Assembly (NCBI GenBank): GCA_046484975.1
Contig: JAWOHX010000045.1
Coordinates: 1 to 55,693, forward strand
Direction: 5' to 3'
DNA from: Clostridia bacterium
GTDB lineage: Bacteria; Bacillota; Clostridia; DUPQ01
DNA length: 55,693 nucleotides
In this document: piece by piece, positions 50,049-55,693 of the stretch
Numbering within the stretch: position 1 is the first letter of the stretch
Layout: the number at the start of each line of letters is the position of its first letter
The notes under the pieces: model-generated
The model's database searches: none
Told to the model about the DNA's origin: nothing
The model's input: only the letters and a program-made list of their open reading frames with translations
Made by a program: the position numbers and the translations under genes

Positions 50049-51761
50049 ATGCTCAGACTCTTTAAATATTTGAAACCTTACAAAAAACAGATCATCGTCG
50101 TTTTGGCTTTTCTGTTCCTGCAGACCTTGTCCCAGCTTTATCTTCCCAACCTTATGGCTGACATCGTCGACAACGGCATCGCAAAAGGTGACATTATGCA
50201 TATCTGGAAGACGGGAGGCATCATGATTGGTGTGGCAGTCCTCGGAATGCTGTTTATCCTTGTGGCCACCTATCTTTCCTCGAAGGTGGCCATGTCCTTC
50301 GGCCGGGACCTTCGATTGGACCTGTTTTCCCATATCGAGGATTTTTCCTTCCATGAATTTGACAAGATCGGAGGGTCCTCACTCATTATCCGCGCCACCA
50401 ACGACATCACACAGGTACAGCAGGTGACCATGATGATCCTTCGTGTCATGGTGTCCGCCCCGCTCATGGCCATTGGCGGTATTCTCCTTTCCGTCTCCAA
50501 GGATCCACGATTGTCCCTTATCCTGCTTATCGTGATTCCACTTCTCAGTCTTTTGATTGTGCTCATAGCCAGAAAAGGAATTCCTCTTTTCAAGTCCATG
50601 CAGAAAAAACTGGACACCTTGAACCTTGTCGTCCGGGAGAACCTCACGGGAGTCCGTGTCATCCGGGCGTTCAACAGACTGGATTATGAGGAAAAAAGGT
50701 TTGACGAAGCCAATCTGAGTCTTACCGATACCGCCATCAAGGTGAACAAACTCATGGCACTTTTAATGCCCGTGCTGATGATCTTCATGAACTTCACCAC
50801 AGTCGCGATCCTATGGTACGGAAGCATCCGCATCGATACCGGACAGATCCGCATCGGTGATCTGATGGCTTTCATCCAGTATGCAATGTTCATCCTGTTC
50901 TCCCTCATCATGCTGTCCGTTGTTTTCATCATGATTCCACGGGCATCCGCATCCGCCCAACGAATCAACGAGGTCTTTCAATTGTCACCTTCGGTCTGTT
51001 CCCCTTCCCTGCCAAAGGAACCACCGGCGGAAAAGGTCACCCTCCGCTTCGAAGACGTGTCCTTCCATTATGAGAATGCCCGCGAAGCCGCTCTTTCAGG
51101 TTTGTCCTTTGAAGCCAGTGCGGGCCAAACAGTGGTGGTCATCGGCGGCACAGGCTCAGGAAAATCCACCCTGGTGAATCTGATCCCGCGTTTTTACGAT
51201 GTGTCCCATGGCAGAATACTGCTGAATGGCACGGATATCCGTGACATGGAAATGTCATCGCTGAGGAAAAGGCTGGGGATTGTTTCACAAAAGCCTGTGC
51301 TTTTCACAGGTACCATCCGGGAGAACCTGGAAATCGGGAGCCTGGAAATCAATGAGCAGGACATCCATGCAGCACTGGAAGCCGCCCAGGCCAATGAATT
51401 CATCTTTGGTCTGAAAGACGGCATCGATACGGTCATATCCAAAGATGGCGCCAACATATCGGGAGGACAAAAACAACGGTTGTCCATTGCCAGGGCGTTG
51501 GCCAGGAAACCGGACATCTATATATTCGACGACAGTTTTTCCGCCTTGGATTTCAAGACCGATGCGATGCTTCGCCAATCACTGAAGGAGTACACCAAGG
51601 ATTCCGTGGTCATCTTTGTCACGCAACGGGTGAACTCCATTATGGATGCAGACCTTGTCATTGTTCTGGAGGAAGGTTCTTTGGCAGGAATCGGCACACA
51701 CCGCACACTGATGGGCTCATCAGCAGTATACAGGGAAATCTACAATGCCCAGATGGGTTGA
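50049..51761 (+). CDS. Heterodimeric ABC exporter, subunit with degenerate Walker B and H-switch
   Basis: 6-TM domain, GGTGSGKST, ISGGQKQR, Walker B IFDDSFS and switch TQR. AAGGAG precedes ATG 50049. Confidence 0.93.
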   Translation: MLRLFKYLKPYKKQIIVVLAFLFLQTLSQLYLPNLMADIVDNGIAKGDIMHIWKTGGIMIGVAVLGMLFILVATYLSSKVAMSFGRDLRLDLFSHIEDFSFHEFDKIGGSSLIIRATNDITQVQQVTMMILRVMVSAPLMAIGGILLSVSKDPRLSLILLIVIPLLSLLIVLIARKGIPLFKSMQKKLDTLNLVVRENLTGVRVIRAFNRLDYEEKRFDEANLSLTDTAIKVNKLMALLMPVLMIFMNFTTVAILWYGSIRIDTGQIRIGDLMAFIQYAMFILFSLIMLSVVFIMIPRASASAQRINEVFQLSPSVCSPSLPKEPPAEKVTLRFEDVSFHYENAREAALSGLSFEASAGQTVVVIGGTGSGKSTLVNLIPRFYDVSHGRILLNGTDIRDMEMSSLRKRLGIVSQKPVLFTGTIRENLEIGSLEINEQDIHAALEAAQANEFIFGLKDGIDTVISKDGANISGGQKQRLSIARALARKPDIYIFDDSFSALDFKTDAMLRQSLKEYTKDSVVIFVTQRVNSIMDADLVIVLEEGSLAGIGTHRTLMGSSAVYREIYNAQMG

Positions 51762-51771
51762 GGGAGACAGG

Positions 51772-53628
51772 ATGACAGACAGCAAGCACCACACTTCCGA
51801 AAGAAAACCACATCAAGGGCCCATGGGGGGAGGGCCCCGCATCGGCATGCCTTTTGAAAAACCAAAGGACTTTAAAAAAACCCTCCGGAGGCTTCTTGCC
51901 TATCTGAATCCATGGAAGTATGTTTTTCTGGCCGTTTTCCTCTTGTCAATCGCAAGCACGGTCTTCATGATTTTTTCCCCGAAGGTCATGGGCAGGGTCA
52001 CAACACATGTTTTTGAGAGTTTCATGGACGGTAAACACATTGATTTCTCCTATATAGGCAGGATTGTGGTCATCCTCCTGGCACTTTATCTGGCGAGCGG
52101 AATATTTGCCTATGTCCAACAGTACGTGATGGCCGGGGTCTCCCAGAAGACTGTCTATCAATTGCGCAATCAAATCAGCGTGAAATTGATGAAGCTTCCC
52201 CTCGCATTCTTCGACGGCGCCATCCATGGGGACATCATGAGCCGCATCACCAATGACATCGACAACATCAGCAATACCCTCCAGCAGGGCATCACCCAGT
52301 TGATCACATCATTTGTCACCCTGGTCGGGATTGTCATCATGATGCTATCCATCAGCCCTCTCATGACACTGATCCTGCTGGTCACCCTGCCCCTGTACGC
52401 CATCACGACGAAGATCATCGCCAAACATTCCCAGAAGTATTTCAAGGGGCAGCAGAAAGCCCTTGGGGAATTGAATGGACATGTGGAGGAAATGCTGAGC
52501 GGCCACGTCATCGTGAAAGCTTTCGGTCATGAAAAAAAATCCCTGGAAAAATTCGCATCCATCAATGAGAATCTGTATCATGAGGGGTGGAAAGCCCAGT
52601 TCATATCCGGCATCATTATGCCTGCCATGACATTCATCAACAACATTGGATATGTCATGGTCAGTGTCATCGGCGGAATCTTCGTCACCAGGGCTCTTGT
52701 CAGCCTTGGGGACATACAGGCATTCATTATATACTCCCGGCAGTTCACCCAGCCCATCATCCAGGTCTCGAACATCGCCAACATCATCCAGTCCACCATA
52801 GCATCCGCCGAAAGGGTTTTCGAAATTCTGGATGAGGAAGAAGAAATACCTGATGATGAGAAAGCGATACGGCTGAACAACGTGATGGGCAGGGTCACGT
52901 TCAAGGATGTACATTTCAGCTACAAAAAGGATACCAGCCTGATCGAGGGCCTGAACATTGACATACTTCCCGGACAGAACATCGCAATCGTAGGTCCCAC
53001 GGGCGCCGGGAAAACCACTCTTGTCAACCTGATGATGCGTTTTTATGAGCTGGATGCCGGTGAAATCCTGTTGGACGGGAATGGAATCACCAATATCAAA
53101 AGAGGCAGCCTCAGGTCAGCCTTTGGCATGGTTCTGCAGGACACCTGGCTTTTTAACGGCACCATCCGGGACAATATCCGCTATGGAAGGCTTGACGCCA
53201 GGGATGAGGATGTGTTGTCCGCGGCGGAATCCGCCCATGTCCATCATTTCATCCAGACCGTGGCGGAAGGATATGACACCATCCTCAATGAGGACGCCTC
53301 CAACATTTCCTACGGGCAGAAGCAGCTTCTGACCATCGCCAGGGCTTTTCTTGCCAATCCCGCCATCCTGATCCTGGACGAGGCCACCAGCAATGTGGAC
53401 ACCCGTACGGAGATCATCATTCAAAAGGCAATGAAGACATTGATGAAGGGAAGGACCAATTTCATCATAGCCCACAGGTTGTCCACCATCAAGAACGCAG
53501 ACCTCATCCTCGTGATGAACAACGGCCAGATCATTGAAAAAGGAACCCATGAAGAGCTCCTTTCACTGAAAAGTTTTTACTGGGAATTATACAACAGCCA
53601 GTTCACCCTCAACGAGGGCCTTCAATAA
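51772..53628 (+). CDS. Heterodimeric ABC exporter, subunit with consensus Walker B and H-switch
   Basis: TM domain, GPTGAGKTT, ISYGQKQ, LDEATS and IAHRLSTI. Confidence 0.93.
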   Translation: MTDSKHHTSERKPHQGPMGGGPRIGMPFEKPKDFKKTLRRLLAYLNPWKYVFLAVFLLSIASTVFMIFSPKVMGRVTTHVFESFMDGKHIDFSYIGRIVVILLALYLASGIFAYVQQYVMAGVSQKTVYQLRNQISVKLMKLPLAFFDGAIHGDIMSRITNDIDNISNTLQQGITQLITSFVTLVGIVIMMLSISPLMTLILLVTLPLYAITTKIIAKHSQKYFKGQQKALGELNGHVEEMLSGHVIVKAFGHEKKSLEKFASINENLYHEGWKAQFISGIIMPAMTFINNIGYVMVSVIGGIFVTRALVSLGDIQAFIIYSRQFTQPIIQVSNIANIIQSTIASAERVFEILDEEEEIPDDEKAIRLNNVMGRVTFKDVHFSYKKDTSLIEGLNIDILPGQNIAIVGPTGAGKTTLVNLMMRFYELDAGEILLDGNGITNIKRGSLRSAFGMVLQDTWLFNGTIRDNIRYGRLDARDEDVLSAAESAHVHHFIQTVAEGYDTILNEDASNISYGQKQLLTIARAFLANPAILILDEATSNVDTRTEIIIQKAMKTLMKGRTNFIIAHRLSTIKNADLILVMNNGQIIEKGTHEELLSLKSFYWELYNSQFTLNEGLQ

Positions 53629-54702
53629 CCCGGAGAGCAACACCAGGTTCTTGATCTTAATCCGTTCCTTCACACTGTGGACGTTCTCCATTCCAACGCT
53701 GATGTTCACGGCAGGTATCCCTTTGGCATGGATGATGTTGGTATCGCTTCCTCCCCCGCTGTGTTCCAGTATGCACGGGAGACCTGTCTTTACACAAGCC
53801 TTTTTGAATTTTTCAAGGATTCCTGAATCAGGGTCAAGCGTGATGGCCTTGTATTCATTTTTCACCGAAATGACGCATTCCGCATGATACGCCTGACAGG
53901 CTTTCTGAAATGCATCCCCGATTTCTTTTGTCACAGTTTCCAGCTTTGATTCACTGCGGCTCCTGCATTCGGCCTTCACCAGGACGGTCTCGCATACGAT
54001 GTTCCTTGCTTTTCCCCCTTCGATGATGCCGATGTTGGATGTGGTCTCCTCGTCAATCCTGCCCATTTCAAGGGAATCGATGGCCCGTGCCGCCACCTGG
54101 ATGGCATTGATCCCTTTTTCAGGCTCAATCCCGGAATGGGCCGCTTTTCCAATGACCGTGATGTCCAGGGTATTATGGGAGGGGGAACTGATGGATGCTG
54201 TGCCGATTTCCCCGTTGCTGTCCAGGACAAAGGCATATGGGACATCCACCATTGACAGGTCGGCGCTTTTTGCACCCAGAAGCCCGATTTCCTCAGCAAT
54301 GGTGAACAAAAGCCAGACCGTGCCGCCTTTGACCTCGCCGGCACGGATGGAGCGTGCAAGCTCCAGCATGCAGGATGCCCCTGCAAGGTCGTCAGAACCC
54401 AGTACAGTGGTTTGATCCGTCTGGATGTATTCATCATCCACAACGATGGTTTTCCCTGTGCAGGGGGCCACGGAATCCATATGGCTGGCGAAAAGGATTC
54501 CATCCATCTCCGGGTCCCCGGGGATTTCGCACAGGATGTTTCCTGTGGTTCCGCTGTTCTTTTCCCCTGCGTCGTCCTCCTGTGGGGAAAAGCCCATGGA
54601 ACGCAGCCGCCGCAGGATATGGTCCGCCACCTGGCGTTCATCCAGGCTCGGATTGTCCAACTTTGCAAGCTCGGTGAATTCTTTTACGATCTCATGATTC
54701 AT
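53587..54702 (-). CDS. M20 family peptidase (PepT-like)
   Basis: SHMDSV, LGSDDLAG, EEIGLLG, GKAAHSG, GGGSDTN and VHSVKE. Confidence 0.9.
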   Translation of the reverse strand: MNHEIVKEFTELAKLDNPSLDERQVADHILRRLRSMGFSPQEDDAGEKNSGTTGNILCEIPGDPEMDGILFASHMDSVAPCTGKTIVVDDEYIQTDQTTVLGSDDLAGASCMLELARSIRAGEVKGGTVWLLFTIAEEIGLLGAKSADLSMVDVPYAFVLDSNGEIGTASISSPSHNTLDITVIGKAAHSGIEPEKGINAIQVAARAIDSLEMGRIDEETTSNIGIIEGGKARNIVCETVLVKAECRSRSESKLETVTKEIGDAFQKACQAYHAECVISVKNEYKAITLDPDSGILEKFKKACVKTGLPCILEHSGGGSDTNIIHAKGIPAVNISVGMENVHSVKERIKIKNLVLLSGLLKALVEGELAVV

Positions 54703-55177
54703 TGCCCAGGACACCCCTTTCCTTCAACCCTTTGAAATCATTCTGCCTCAACGCCTCGTACAGGATGACGGCGACCGCGCTGGACAGGTTCAGGGAACGT
54801 TTTCCCTCCTGCATGGGAAGCCGGATGCATTTGCTGTAATGGGCTCTCAGGAGTGTCTCGTCAAGACCCTTTGTCTCTTTCCCGAACACCAGGAAATCGT
54901 CGGGCCCATAAACCGCCTCGTCATAGCGTCTGATGGCTTTTGTCGATGCAAAATGAAAGGTGTTTCCGGCATATTTTTCTAGCACCTCGCCGATGGAATC
55001 GTAATATTGGACTGCCAGTCCATCCCAGTAATCCAGACCGGCCCTTTTCAGGTGCCTGTCTTCCACGGAGAACCCGAGGGGCCTGACCAGATGCAGGGCG
55101 GTGCCCGTCACCGAGCAGGTCCGTGCGATGTTCCCTGTGTTCTGGGGAATTTCCGGTTCGACCAGCACAATGTTCAT
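54692..55177 (-). CDS. trmL: tRNA (cytidine34-2'-O)-methyltransferase TrmL
   Basis: EPEIPQNTGNI, RAGLDYW, FGKETKGL and RSLNLS. Confidence 0.94.
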   Translation of the reverse strand: MNIVLVEPEIPQNTGNIARTCSVTGTALHLVRPLGFSVEDRHLKRAGLDYWDGLAVQYYDSIGEVLEKYAGNTFHFASTKAIRRYDEAVYGPDDFLVFGKETKGLDETLLRAHYSKCIRLPMQEGKRSLNLSSAVAVILYEALRQNDFKGLKERGVLGNES

Positions 55178-55178
55178 G

Positions 55179-55520
55179 TCAGCCCTTCCTCTTTCGTTTT
55201 CTAACGGACAGCAGGCGGATGAGCAGGCTTTCCCTGATATCGATGGCCTGTTCCGGGCATAGTTCCTGGCAGCAGTAGCACCTGATGCATTTTTCATAAT
55301 CAAAGACGGGAAGATTCCTGGGGATGGCGATGGCCTCCGCGGGACAGTTGTCCCTACATATCCCACATGCCACACATTTATGAGGATCCACCAGCAGGGT
55401 TGATTTATATTTTTTCAGGAATCGCGAGATGGCAGTGTTCTTCGTGAAGCGGAGTCCTTTCCTGATATATGGCACGTCAAAATCAAGGACAGCCACGTCC
55501 TTGACCGTTTCCCCGGATTC
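55179..55520 (-). CDS. 3' part of a 2x[4Fe-4S] protein (resembles the C-terminus of DUF362 Fe-S proteins); 5' part missing
   Basis: CVACGICRDNCP and CIRCYCCQELCP, preceded by GETVKDVAVLDFDVP. The frame runs into compositionally foreign DNA near 55520. Confidence 0.7.
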   Translation of the reverse strand, partial: ESGETVKDVAVLDFDVPYIRKGLRFTKNTAISRFLKKYKSTLLVDPHKCVACGICRDNCPAEAIAIPRNLPVFDYEKCIRCYCCQELCPEQAIDIRESLLIRLLSVRKRKRKG

Positions 55521-55691
55521 AGAATTCTGACCCTCGCCGAGGTCGAGAGGCGCCACATCCTGAGAACGTTGGAGAAGTGCGGCGGCAAGGTCCCAGACGC
55601 CGCCCGGCGTCTCGAGGTTCCAAGGAGCACCCTCTACGACAGGCTGAAGCAGCTCGGCATCAGCCGGGGGGCGGACGGAGCCGGATCGTAA
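55521..55691 (+). other. High-GC fragment encoding the C-terminal Fis-type HTH of a sigma54-activator-like protein, with no start codon
   Basis: Translates ILTLAEVERRHILRTLEKCGGKVPDAARRLEVPRSTLYDRLKQLGI...stop at 55689-55691. About 68% GC by hand count. Not in the ORF track. Confidence 0.8.
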
Positions 55692-55693
55692 AA

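Noticed and set aside
50049-53628. Degenerate ABC motifs as a sign of pseudogenisation
   Set aside because: One degenerate and one consensus ATP site is the normal pattern for heterodimeric exporters of the TM287/288 type.
55179-55556. Stand-alone 125-aa ferredoxin starting at 55556
   Set aside because: The start lies in the foreign high-GC segment and has no RBS. A truncated larger Fe-S protein fits better.

Overview
A densely packed, mostly minus-strand stretch of core chromosome from an anaerobic Clostridia-type bacterium; gene order and the enolase insert suggest the Acetivibrio/Thermoclostridium neighbourhood (inference). I found about 58 CDSs and no rRNA, tRNA, CRISPR array, IS element or prophage. 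In order, the window holds: a 5'-truncated XerC/D-like recombinase; an LCP protein; an M18 aminopeptidase; iscS-iscU-mnmA; rarA; glyA; ylxM-ffh-rpsP-khpA-rimM-trmD; a membrane protein with a degenerate PP2C domain and a LysM domain; ECF sigma/anti-sigma-polA-coaE; murT and gatD split by an antisense zinc-ribbon gene; dprA-topA-trmFO; a bifurcating-type [FeFe]-hydrogenase operon with a Rex-like box, followed by a separately promoted DRTGG/kinase/sensory-hydrogenase/DRTGG/PHP module; an amino-sugar/recG/sirtuin run; an HPr lacking His15; secG; gap-pgk/tpi-gpmI-eno; a heterodimeric ABC exporter; an M20 peptidase; and trmL. The best leads are (1) an in-frame PGK-TPI fusion with an A10-TAA slippery tract exactly at the domain junction, (2) a PP2C pseudophosphatase-TM-LysM protein that looks like an uncharacterised one-component envelope sensor, and (3) the H2-sensing module. 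The last ~170 bp look foreign (about 68% GC, Fis-type HTH fragment) and are probably a chimeric join. All calls come from reading motifs by eye; no searches were run.
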